In this document: positions 43,156 through 51,032 of the stretch, piece by piece | Position numbering within the stretch: position 1 is the stretch's first letter | How the letters are laid out: every line of letters begins with the position of its first letter | Assembly (NCBI GenBank): GCA_016934635.1 | Contig: JAFGSK010000029.1 | Span: forward strand, 895 to 64,894 | Length of the DNA: 64,000 nucleotides | Direction: 5' to 3' | Source: a candidate division WOR-3 bacterium | Lineage (GTDB): Bacteria; Hydrothermota; Tepidihabitantia; B3-TA06 | Notes under the pieces: generated by a model | What the model saw: the letters and a program-made list of their open reading frames with translations, nothing else | What the model was told of the DNA's origin: nothing | The model's database searches: none | Made by a program: the position numbers and the translations under genes

Positions 43156-44529
43156 TCAGGTCAAATCGAACAGGTAAAGCTTTTCCTCGGTCATCTCTCT
43201 TACGGCATAGGCTGGGCCTTCACGCCCCAAGCCTGAACCTTTCATACCCCCGTATGGCATCAGGTCTACCCTGAAGGTAGGAATCTCGTTAACCAGAACT
43301 CCACCCGCCTCTATTCCATTGCACGCCTGGAAGGCCTTGCGAAGGTCTCGGGTAAAAACTGCACCCTGAAGGCCGTAATCGGTCGCATTTACCCGCTGGA
43401 TTGCTTCATCGAGATCTCGAACACGATTTACAACGACTACCGGTGCAAAGGCTTCCTGCTTGATGAGCCTTGCATCTTCAGGAACGTTGGTAAGAATCCA
43501 CGGCCCGAGTAGGGAACCTTCGCGTTTTCCCTCTAGGATTCTCTCTGCACATGGGGCCTCATCGATCCAGGCAACTATCCTTTCGACTTCCTTTACCTCA
43601 ATCATCGGACCTAATTCTGTTTCCTCGTCCAGCGGGTCGCCTGGCTTAAGGGTTTTGACCTCTGAGATGAGGAGTTCGAGAAACTTGTCGAAGACCTTAT
43701 CTTCGACGTACACCCGCTGGGTCGAGATGCACACCTGCCCTGCTAACGCATATCCGCCCACTCGAATACGCCTGGCTGCCCGCTCTAGGTCCGCGTCGGC
43801 AAGTATCACCACCGCCGAATTCGACCCCAACTCCATGGCGAGTTTCTTGAGACCGGCATGACGGGTAATCTCTTCTCCAACGACCTTGGAACCGGTAAAG
43901 GTTACCATACGAGGTATGTGGGATTCGACGAGTGCATTGCCTACACTCGAGCCCGGACCTATAACAACCTGGAGGGCTTCTGAGGGAACCCCGGCCTCAT
44001 GCATGGTCTCAACCAGTTTTATCCCTGACAGGGGTGCGACCGATGCCGGCTTGAGAACCGTGCTGCATCCTGCGGCAAACGCAGGACATATCTTGTGTGC
44101 TGCTAGGTTGAGCGGAAAGTTGAAGGGTGTGATGGCTGCTACCACGCCCGAGGGAATCCTGCGATAGAACCCCTGCTTGTGGGGATGGGAGGCGGCTGAA
44201 AAAGGAACCTCCTCCCCTGCAAGCTTCACCGCTTCCACTGCAGACAACCTGAGTGTATTCACACAACGTGCAACCTCATTTCTCGCCTCGCGCCAGGTCT
44301 TTCCCACTTCGAGCACAAGGGTTCTTGCGAAATCCTCAGAGTTGTCAGCCACGATGTCAGATGCCTTGTTGAGTACCTCGTAGCGTTTCAACTGGTTAAG
44401 GCCGTGCAGTCGAATCAATCCATTCCCGGCTACACCAAGCTTGGCTTGCACCGTGGACACCGTATCCTGTTCGAGTTCGGCGATCAGTGAATTATCGTAT
44501 GGATTATATACCTTCAACTTCTCAGCCAT
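43156..44529 (-). CDS. NAD(P)-dependent aldehyde dehydrogenase family protein
   Basis: ITPFNFPLNL, FTGS, catalytic Glu context ELGSNS and catalytic Cys context GQVCIS. Substrate cannot be assigned. Confidence 0.85.
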   Translation of the reverse strand: MAEKLKVYNPYDNSLIAELEQDTVSTVQAKLGVAGNGLIRLHGLNQLKRYEVLNKASDIVADNSEDFARTLVLEVGKTWREARNEVARCVNTLRLSAVEAVKLAGEEVPFSAASHPHKQGFYRRIPSGVVAAITPFNFPLNLAAHKICPAFAAGCSTVLKPASVAPLSGIKLVETMHEAGVPSEALQVVIGPGSSVGNALVESHIPRMVTFTGSKVVGEEITRHAGLKKLAMELGSNSAVVILADADLERAARRIRVGGYALAGQVCISTQRVYVEDKVFDKFLELLISEVKTLKPGDPLDEETELGPMIEVKEVERIVAWIDEAPCAERILEGKREGSLLGPWILTNVPEDARLIKQEAFAPVVVVNRVRDLDEAIQRVNATDYGLQGAVFTRDLRKAFQACNGIEAGGVLVNEIPTFRVDLMPYGGMKGSGLGREGPAYAVREMTEEKLYLFDLT

Positions 44530-44557
44530 TGAAGCCTCCTAATAATATCAACATGGG

Positions 44558-44585
44558 AGTATATCGGGCGGGAGTAATGTGTCAA
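44558..44585 (-). promoter_or_regulatory. Promoter for the aldehyde dehydrogenase
   Basis: TTGACA-N16-TATACT on the minus strand, immediately after a terminator-like hairpin. Confidence 0.6.
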
Positions 44586-44586
44586 G

Positions 44587-44624
44587 AAAAAGCCGAGGGG
44601 AGGTGAGAAATATCGCCTCTCCCC
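44587..44624 (-). terminator. Terminator-like hairpin plus U-tract after the gcvH-like gene
   Basis: On the minus strand, GGGGAGAGG...CCTCCCC (bulged) is followed by TCGGCTTTTTC. A second perfect 9-bp hairpin (TTACCTCTC/GAGAGGTAA) lies at 44649..44676. Confidence 0.5.
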
Positions 44625-44702
44625 GTAGGGTTTACGCCCATACTATAGTTACCTCTCCCTTATGTGTGAGAGGTAAATGTAAAGGTTGAATCTCGCCAGC
44701 AC

Positions 44703-45119
44703 TTACTTGACATGTTTGGCAATCTCTGATTTAAGCCATTCGGCTGCGGTCTCGCCCTGCATCAACTCATCGATCTGGGAGGCATCTCGAGGCTTCATGG
44801 TAAACAACCACCCCTTTCCGTAAGGATCGGAGTTGACCAGGCCGGGATCGTCTTCTAGCTTCTCGTTGATCTCAACCACCTTTCCTGAGATAGGTGAATA
44901 TATCTTGCCTAGCCACTTGCCAGTCTCATAATTACCAACAACCTCGTCTGCCTGGACCTCGGAGCCGGGTTCAGGAAGCTCGATAAAGGAAAGCTCTCCG
45001 GCGAGCTTCTGGGTGAAGTCATTCAGTCCTACACGAATGAGGACTCCTTCATTTCGAACCCAGATGTGTTCTTTATGGTAATATAGCTCATCCGGAAGGT
45101 TGTATCCTTCTATCTGCAT
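44703..45119 (-). CDS. gcvH: GcvH-like lipoyl-carrier protein (LbpA-like candidate)
   Basis: YHKEHIWV, VGLNDFTQKLAG, the lipoyl-lysine context YETGKWLGKIYSPISGKV, and DPYGKGWLF. No gcvT or gcvP nearby. Confidence 0.8.
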   Translation of the reverse strand: MQIEGYNLPDELYYHKEHIWVRNEGVLIRVGLNDFTQKLAGELSFIELPEPGSEVQADEVVGNYETGKWLGKIYSPISGKVVEINEKLEDDPGLVNSDPYGKGWLFTMKPRDASQIDELMQGETAAEWLKSEIAKHVK

Positions 45120-45159
45120 CTTAGCCTCCTGCTTAATTGACCTCTGCCGGGTCTATCAA

Positions 45160-45453
45160 CTAAGAAATAATACGTCTTGCTTTTTCGATGAGTTCTGTCA
45201 GCCCATCGTAATTTATCGTCTTCGAAACCGGGGCGTTGAGACTGCGGGCATTAAGGTCCTCTGCGAGAAACCGCAGGTTCACGCCATTCGATTCCAACTC
45301 GGACATCTTCACCTGTAAATCCTTGGGCCCCTTCACAGCCAGCACCGCATCTTGTATAAAGCAAATCGTATCCCCGGGCTTTGCAAGCCTTGCGGCAAGC
45401 CTCCAGGCGGTACGCTCAAAGGTAGAGCGTGTTACAAGGTAAAGGTTTTCCAT
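45160..45453 (-). CDS. dsrH: DsrH/TusB-like sulfur relay protein
   Basis: 97 aa. DTICFIQDAV motif, and position after the DsrE/DsrF-like genes. Confidence 0.7.
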   Translation of the reverse strand: MENLYLVTRSTFERTAWRLAARLAKPGDTICFIQDAVLAVKGPKDLQVKMSELESNGVNLRFLAEDLNARSLNAPVSKTINYDGLTELIEKARRIIS

Positions 45454-45465
45454 TATTCCACCTGG

Positions 45466-45825
45466 TTAAAAGGTTATTATATGATCTGCAGTCGAGATCA
45501 TATTTCCTAACTCGTCATCGTCAATGGGTTCTACTCCGATACAGTCTTCTTCCAAGATACCGCGTTCTTCCAGGGACGGGGTGTGTACGTAGAGCCGGGC
45601 GCCGAAATCCTGCAACTGAGAGTATGCATCTTCAAGCTTATGCATGCCCAGATCCGAAGGAGCCTGTCCCTTGAGGGAGACCAGAACTCCGTCGTCAACG
45701 AGAACTGCATGTGTGTCCAGCCCCATGCCTGTCAAACCGATTATGACTCTGAATCCTTCTGCGGCCGAGGCCATGCCGTAGGGTGCTGCACGTACTAGAA
45801 TTATCACCTTTTTGGGTTCGTTCAT
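45466..45825 (-). CDS. dsrF: DsrF/TusC-like sulfur relay protein
   Basis: MNEPKKVIILVRAAPYG...VLVDDGV, a DsrE-fold pattern. ATG 45825 directly follows the dsrE stop. The track N-terminal extension overlaps dsrE. Confidence 0.7.
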   Translation of the reverse strand: MNEPKKVIILVRAAPYGMASAAEGFRVIIGLTGMGLDTHAVLVDDGVLVSLKGQAPSDLGMHKLEDAYSQLQDFGARLYVHTPSLEERGILEEDCIGVEPIDDDELGNMISTADHIITF

Positions 45826-45827
45826 GT

Positions 45828-46178
45828 TCAAAACCCGAACGAGAGGAAGCGATCGCAGGCGTTGAGGTAGTTGACTAATACTGTCATACCGCCCAGTTTT
45901 GTTCCTTCGAGGATATCCGCTTTTTTTACACCGCGAAACCTGGCGCAGGTTCCGCACGCCTTAATCTCGGCACCTGCATCAAGAAGCTCCGCCATCATCT
46001 CGGCGATGTTGCGTTCCTGTGGTGATTTGATCTCCTTCTTGACATTGAAAACACCGTCCTCGTAAAGAAACATCTTGACCTCGTGTCCTTTAATCAGGAA
46101 CCGCCTGGCTAAATGATAGCATGTATCCATATTCTGAGATGTATAAGGCCCGGTACGCAGCATGAAACCAACCGTCAC
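45828..46178 (-). CDS. dsrE: DsrE/TusD-like sulfur relay protein
   Basis: MLRTGPY...FLYEDGV and the conserved Cys context IKACGTCARFRG. Confidence 0.75.
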   Translation of the reverse strand: MTVGFMLRTGPYTSQNMDTCYHLARRFLIKGHEVKMFLYEDGVFNVKKEIKSPQERNIAEMMAELLDAGAEIKACGTCARFRGVKKADILEGTKLGGMTVLVNYLNACDRFLSFGF

Positions 46179-46179
46179 G

Positions 46180-46413
46180 TTACACCTTGCGGCGGATGTA
46201 AAATTTCAGCACCTCCCCTTCTTCCTCAACCCCAATGTACTCGTTGCCTGTCTGGTCGCACCAGGCAGGGAAATCTTCACGTGCGCCTTCGTCGTCCGCG
46301 AGTATCTCGAGAACTTGACCGACATCTATCTCTTTTATTTTTTGAGCGGTTTTCAGGATAGGCATCGGACACACCATCCCGGTTGCGTCGAATGTCAGAT
46401 CTTGTACCGTCAT
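46180..46413 (-). CDS. tusA: TusA/SirA-family sulfur carrier
   Basis: 77 aa with the CPxP motif (GMVCPMPILKT). Confidence 0.85.
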   Translation of the reverse strand: MTVQDLTFDATGMVCPMPILKTAQKIKEIDVGQVLEILADDEGAREDFPAWCDQTGNEYIGVEEEGEVLKFYIRRKV

Positions 46414-46564
46414 CTGGCCTCCTTCAATTATTCAAGTCTTTCAGAGTTAACTTATCCAAGTTTACATCAGCCGATGCAAATAAACCACCCATGGCAAGCT
46501 TCAAATCGATCGCGTCGAGTCGGTAGCGAACAGGTCTCTGGAGATCCCTTATCCGTACCTGTGG

Positions 46565-46801
46565 TCACGGAAGGGTTTCCTCTTCCTTGTCACGCAAAAA
46601 CATTCTGAGTCTGTCAAGCACACCTAATAGCTCCTCGTCGAAGAAATCTGCCGCCAGTTTCTCAACGTTGTAGAGTTTTCCGTCTATCTGGAAGCTCATA
46701 AGTTCGTGGATGATCTCGGCACCCTTACCCCTTTCCCTTAGAAGGAAAATAGCGTGCCCTAAAGGGATATCGTCTTCGAAATCACGGGGATTTTTAGTCA
46801 C
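46565..46801 (-). CDS. Hypothetical 78-aa acidic protein (first ORF of the sulfur-relay operon)
   Basis: GTG start with GGAG 8 nt upstream. No Cys and no recognisable motif. Coding status rests on position and ORF length only. Confidence 0.4.
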   Translation of the reverse strand: MTKNPRDFEDDIPLGHAIFLLRERGKGAEIIHELMSFQIDGKLYNVEKLAADFFDEELLGVLDRLRMFLRDKEEETLP

Positions 46802-47069
46802 TTACTACTCCAATCCTTTCAAGGATCTGTGTTTGTTTAAGCTCGTTACTCTGAATCCCAACTTTCGAGGATCGTATCCAAGAGCAAGCCCTTGGAGCTG
46901 GGGACAGTATAATCCTGTCCTCATCCTACACACACTCCAGATAAGATGTCATTCGTATCCCATCTCGAGACTCCACAGGAATGTCTTTAATACCCAAGGG
47001 AACCGTAGACATATCTTCTCTGGAACACAGCGTCTGGTAATTACCACGCAATTCTTTCATTTGCCTTAG

Positions 47070-47097
47070 ATTATAGCAACATAGAACCTAATGTCAA
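47070..47097 (-). promoter_or_regulatory. Full-consensus promoter for the tusA-dsrEFH-gcvH-like operon
   Basis: TTGACA-N16-TATAAT on the minus strand, ~260 nt upstream of the first start codon (46801). Confidence 0.7.
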
Positions 47098-47269
47098 CGA
47101 ATGCTATATTAAATGAAGTTGAATACTGTCCTGTAAGGGTTTCGCAACAACACTGGATGCCAGGATAATTGGTAGATCACTGATTCAAGATACGAGTATA
47201 ACAGTAAGTTTCGATTAAACTTTTTCTCTTTTAATATGTCTAAACAAATAATCAATCGAAGGAGGCATC

Positions 47270-47905
47270 ATGTTCAAGAAGTTGGCTATTACATCCCTTC
47301 TAATCTCGACGGCGTTACTGGTAACTAACTGCGTATCCCCATACTACAGTACCGCACAGATAGAACCGGGGTGGAACATCAACGTAGGTGCAGGGTTGCA
47401 CAGCACAGCTTTTATAGCACTTGATGCTGGACCGGTGTACGGTGTCGGGTTAAGATGCGACAGCGAGATCGGGTATGGTGTAAATAGATACTTCAAGCCA
47501 TACGCCAGAGGAGCGGTAGGACTTAATACGGCCTGCCCGTACTTTGGAGATGTCGGAATAGGATTTCAGTCAGCCCTACCGCTAGGTAAGATAACACCCG
47601 CTTTGAGAATAGAAGTAAATTCAACCGGGGTTCTGCTAAGTTTTGCCCCCGCGCTTCTGCTGGGTTTCGGCAAAAAAGAGGTTCTAACCTTGGGGGTAAG
47701 ACCCCAATTCGTTGGTTTCGATCCCGAAGCCTACGACCTTTTCATTGACGCCTTGGCAATCGTTCACATCTCACCTAGAATGTCGATATTTGCGGGTGCC
47801 GAATTAAACTCGCTCATCGAATTCTTCGATGAGAAGGACGGCATTCCATTCTTGTGCGTAGGGGTTGGTTACAAGCTGCCGCCTTTTCACTTGAAGACCG
47901 ACTAA
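47270..47905 (+). CDS. Lipoprotein / small beta-barrel-like outer membrane protein
   Basis: MFKKLAITSLLISTALLVTNC (lipobox). Gly-rich alternating pattern. GGAGG SD. Confidence 0.6.
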   Translation: MFKKLAITSLLISTALLVTNCVSPYYSTAQIEPGWNINVGAGLHSTAFIALDAGPVYGVGLRCDSEIGYGVNRYFKPYARGAVGLNTACPYFGDVGIGFQSALPLGKITPALRIEVNSTGVLLSFAPALLLGFGKKEVLTLGVRPQFVGFDPEAYDLFIDALAIVHISPRMSIFAGAELNSLIEFFDEKDGIPFLCVGVGYKLPPFHLKTD

Positions 47906-47984
47906 AGTTTAGTCACCGATATCCAGGTTGTTACCGCTCTGGGGTGGGATTGAGGAACATTCGGTTGTTCGCCTTTAAATAAGG

Positions 47985-48013
47985 TTGACAAAATCCCTCA
48001 CATCCTCTATATT
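47985..48013 (+). promoter_or_regulatory. Promoter for the histidine kinase
   Basis: TTGACA-N17-TATATT. The GTG lies 5 nt after the -10. Confidence 0.55.
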
Positions 48014-48018
48014 TAAAC

Positions 48019-48951
48019 GTGGACGAAACATTAAGCAAGGAGAAGAAGACCCTTGAGGAGTTGCGAGAGTATACCGAAGAGAGGCTAGCCGACATCCTTT
48101 CCGTACTCTCCGACGTTGCCTTAGGTGATCTTACTGTCGAGGCCGCAGTCGAAAGCGAGGATATATTCGGTTCGGTGGCCATGGGTGTTAACGCAATGAT
48201 AAAAGGATTGCGGGAACTCAAGGAGCAGGACAAGGAAAAATCCCTGCTTTTAGAGAAATCCAATCAGGAGCTTGAGGATTTCGTCTACATCGTAAGCCAC
48301 GACCTCAAGGCACCTCTACGGGCAATCATCGGGTTCGCCGAATTCCTAAAGGAAGATTACGCTGATAGGCTCGATGCCCAGGGCCAGGACTATGTACGCA
48401 GGATGGTCGAGAGTGCAGAAAGGATGCAGCAGCTTATTAACGATCTCCTGGAACTCTCCCGTATTGGACGTTATAAAAACCCGTACGTTGAGGTTAACTC
48501 CGGCGACCTTGTCCGCAAGGCAGTGGAGTTCATTAACCCTCCCGACGACGTTAAGATTACAGTCGCAGACGACATGCCCAGTGTATTCTGCGACGAGGTC
48601 AGAATTCAGCAGGTTATCGCAAATCTCATAACTAACGCAATGAAATACAACGACAAGGAGGAAAAGAAAGTTGAAATATGCTGGATTCCCCATGATGAGG
48701 AGGGAACCGATGAGTTCACGGTACAAGATAACGGAATCGGAATAGAGGAAAAACACCTGGATAAGATCTTCAAGATATTCCAGAGGTTGCATAGTAAAGA
48801 CGAGTACGGCGGGGGCACCGGTGTCGGATTGAATATCGTTCGTAAGATCGTCGAGCAGCACGGGGGGAAAATCTGGGTGGAATCGAAGGTTGGTAAGGGT
48901 ACCTGTTTCCATTTTACGATCCGTCGACCCGAAGATCAAGAAGAATCATGA
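48019..48951 (+). CDS. Soluble sensor histidine kinase (HAMP-like fragment, HisKA, HATPase_c); no partner response regulator nearby
   Basis: H-box FVYIVSHDLKAPLRAI, N-box LITNAMKY, G-boxes DNGIGI and GTGVGLNI. No TM segment. GTG start. Confidence 0.85.
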   Translation: MDETLSKEKKTLEELREYTEERLADILSVLSDVALGDLTVEAAVESEDIFGSVAMGVNAMIKGLRELKEQDKEKSLLLEKSNQELEDFVYIVSHDLKAPLRAIIGFAEFLKEDYADRLDAQGQDYVRRMVESAERMQQLINDLLELSRIGRYKNPYVEVNSGDLVRKAVEFINPPDDVKITVADDMPSVFCDEVRIQQVIANLITNAMKYNDKEEKKVEICWIPHDEEGTDEFTVQDNGIGIEEKHLDKIFKIFQRLHSKDEYGGGTGVGLNIVRKIVEQHGGKIWVESKVGKGTCFHFTIRRPEDQEES

Positions 48952-48985
48952 GACATTCTCTGGAATTGTAACTAAGAGTCGATCT

Positions 48986-49240
48986 ATGAATGATTATGTC
49001 TGTGTTCATACATGTGCAAGGGAGGAAGCGGCGGTTATTGCAGGACTTCTCAAGGCATCAGGGATAGAAGTCCATCTACTCGAAGAGGCACCTGCCCACC
49101 TGCGGCCGTTTTCTGCCAAGAAGACTATGGTTAGAGTTTTAGTTCCACGAGATGCAGCCGATTTTGCCTACCAGATTATTACCGATGCCCAGGATAATAA
49201 GGAATTCTCCGATTTCGAGCAGAGCGCTGAAAAAGACTGA
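48986..49240 (+). CDS. Small DUF2007-like putative signal-transducing protein
   Basis: 84 aa. EEAAVIAGLLKASGIEVHLLEE pattern. I prefer the internal ATG at 48986 to the track start at 48890, which overlaps the kinase. Confidence 0.45.
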   Translation: MNDYVCVHTCAREEAAVIAGLLKASGIEVHLLEEAPAHLRPFSAKKTMVRVLVPRDAADFAYQIITDAQDNKEFSDFEQSAEKD

Positions 49241-49543
49241 TCACACTGGCACAAAGACTTCCGAGACCAGATCGGCTTAGATACTTCGATCCGCGAAATA
49301 ATAGGCTGACATCCAGAATACTTGAGTAGATTTACCTGATAGGTCATCGCTGAAGGATAGGGCTCGTACCTCGTCAGGCGGTTGAACTCAGACGGTTTCC
49401 GGACCAAAACCTCGATCTGAATTTGGCTTGAGGAACTTCGCACCAGGCGAGTTCAAGTTAATCAGACCCTAATCGTCCCCCCCTTTATCCAAGGATAACG
49501 ATTCCATCCAGAAAAACTCATACTGCGATCCAGGTTAATCCGG

Positions 49544-49571
49544 TTGACAATCGAATCCGTATTATTAAGGT
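49544..49571 (+). promoter_or_regulatory. Candidate promoter for the acyltransferase
   Basis: TTGACA-N16-TAAGGT. The ATG lies 6 nt after the -10. Confidence 0.45.
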
Positions 49572-49577
49572 TACGTC

Positions 49578-50276
49578 ATGAAACATCGCGGCGGCGAAAA
49601 ACTTCTGCCATCGGAGATACATACCATCTTTACCCAAATAAAAACGGCTTTCCTCGGTATATACGGGCTACTCATAAAGGTAAGGGTATTCGGGAAGGAA
49701 TTCTGGTGGGGTTTATGTCGCAATTCCATCGTGGTAGCCAACCATGTAACCGGATCCGACTCTTTTGTTATTCAGATTGCCCTTAAGCGAAGGCTCTTCA
49801 TGATGGCTGCAAGGAGATGGTTCAAAAACCGCTTTCTTGATTTCGTAATGACTTTTTTCTGCGATATGGTTCCCGTTGCAGTGGAAAAGGGAATAAAGAA
49901 CCTGCGAGGTATCAAGCGTGCCCTTGCCCTTCTTGAGCAAAAGCAGAGCGTTGGTATATACCCTTCAGGTGACATGTCACGGGACGGTATGGTTCACCTG
50001 ATTTATGACGGCGCCGCGTATCTTTCTTTCAAATCAGGAGTACCGATTGTGCCCGTGTACGTGAAGAATCTCGCGTTGGGTCCTTGCCGCACGGAACTGG
50101 CCCTTGGGGATGACGCAAAAGAAGGGGTGGGTTCACTCCTGCACAATATCTTTAACCGGAAGATAGAAGTTCATATCGCCGCGCCCATCTACCCTCGAAT
50201 CGACGCAGACCGCCGTGAAGAAGTCCATCGCATCAACTCAAGGATTCAGCGCTCCTTTGAAGATCTATGTGAGTGA
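49578..50276 (+). CDS. Lysophospholipid (PlsC-type) acyltransferase
   Basis: HX4D motif ANHVTGSDS and second block GIYPSGDMSRDG. Confidence 0.7.
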   Translation: MKHRGGEKLLPSEIHTIFTQIKTAFLGIYGLLIKVRVFGKEFWWGLCRNSIVVANHVTGSDSFVIQIALKRRLFMMAARRWFKNRFLDFVMTFFCDMVPVAVEKGIKNLRGIKRALALLEQKQSVGIYPSGDMSRDGMVHLIYDGAAYLSFKSGVPIVPVYVKNLALGPCRTELALGDDAKEGVGSLLHNIFNRKIEVHIAAPIYPRIDADRREEVHRINSRIQRSFEDLCE

Positions 50277-50318
50277 GCCTGAACGAGTTAATGACATCTC
50301 CGGACTTGCTGAAGTGCG

Positions 50319-50942
50319 TTACTCAGCCTTCCTTCGATCTTCGGCCAGTTTCTTCTTTGCGGTGACCTTGAACTGAACAATCATACCCACAACACCTAAA
50401 ACCGCCCAGCCGACTAGCATTATGTAGGGATATACGGTACCCTGATAGGTCGATCCCAGGTAGACGAGAGACCCAATACCAGCCATAATGCTCCACGCAC
50501 CGGCAAACGAAGAGGAGAGGATAATCATAAAGCGGTGGAATATTACAGCGATTACGCCTCCGGCAACGGCAAGGATTAATACCATTACCCACATCCAGGG
50601 TGAGGTGCTGAAAGCCGAACCGAATAGTCCAGCCAAAACGAACGCGATAGTCGCACCAAAATAAGCGCCTAAAACGAACACGCCCAGGAAATAAATGAAT
50701 GCAGAAAGCAGAGCAAGGAGTATACCTCCTGCTACGCCGACCAGAATGACTACCCATAGTGGAGGTGCAAGTAAGGACACCAGGTTAGCCGCCAGATAAT
50801 ACCCGAAGATGAAACCGGCTATTCCCAGAACCACCTTGAAGATACGGTATCCGAAGAAACAGAAGAGTACTCCTGCAAGGATATAAATTATGGCAAAGGC
50901 AATCGCCAAATAGTCGGACGCTATGTACGGATCGAACATCAA
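50319..50942 (-). CDS. Multi-pass membrane protein (DUF4203-like)
   Basis: Six to seven Gly/Ala-rich TM helices and a basic C-terminal tail. Confidence 0.6.
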   Translation of the reverse strand: MMFDPYIASDYLAIAFAIIYILAGVLFCFFGYRIFKVVLGIAGFIFGYYLAANLVSLLAPPLWVVILVGVAGGILLALLSAFIYFLGVFVLGAYFGATIAFVLAGLFGSAFSTSPWMWVMVLILAVAGGVIAVIFHRFMIILSSSFAGAWSIMAGIGSLVYLGSTYQGTVYPYIMLVGWAVLGVVGMIVQFKVTAKKKLAEDRRKAE

Positions 50943-50998
50943 AGCCTCCTTTGTGCTTAACCTAAGCCTAATCAGAGAAAGGGCTCATGTCAAGGAAC

Positions 50999-51026
50999 TT
51001 GACAAATATGTCCTACCTCGTATAGT
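50999..51026 (+). promoter_or_regulatory. Promoter for the cyclase/STAND/TPR gene (leaderless)
   Basis: TTGACA-N16-TATAGT. The ATG lies 6 nt after the -10 and there is no SD. Confidence 0.6.
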
Positions 51027-51032
51027 CAATCG

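Noticed and set aside
43156-44529. Aldehyde dehydrogenase as a functional member of the sulfur-relay operon
   Set aside because: A terminator-like hairpin with a U-tract (44587..44624) and a separate TTGACA-N16-TATACT promoter (44558..44585) lie between them. Co-transcription is not supported, so linkage is only positional.
44703-45119. Reading the GcvH-like gene as part of a glycine cleavage system
   Set aside because: No gcvT, gcvP or lpd is nearby, and the gene is the last cistron of a TusA/DsrEFH operon. A sulfur-relay-linked lipoyl carrier is the more parsimonious context-based reading, though unproven.
45826-45957. N-terminal 44-codon extension of the DsrF-like ORF
   Set aside because: The extension overlaps the dsrE coding region out of frame. 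ATG 45825 gives the typical DsrE-fold N-terminus (KKVIILVRAAPYG) directly after the dsrE stop.
49241-49577. Possible SRP RNA or other ncRNA (GGTCCGGAAA-like string on the minus strand), and a 91-aa minus ORF at 49168..49443
   Set aside because: The conserved 4.5S core (GGAAGCAGCC-type loop and its symmetric partner) is absent. The ORF has no SD and no motif. The region stays unassigned.
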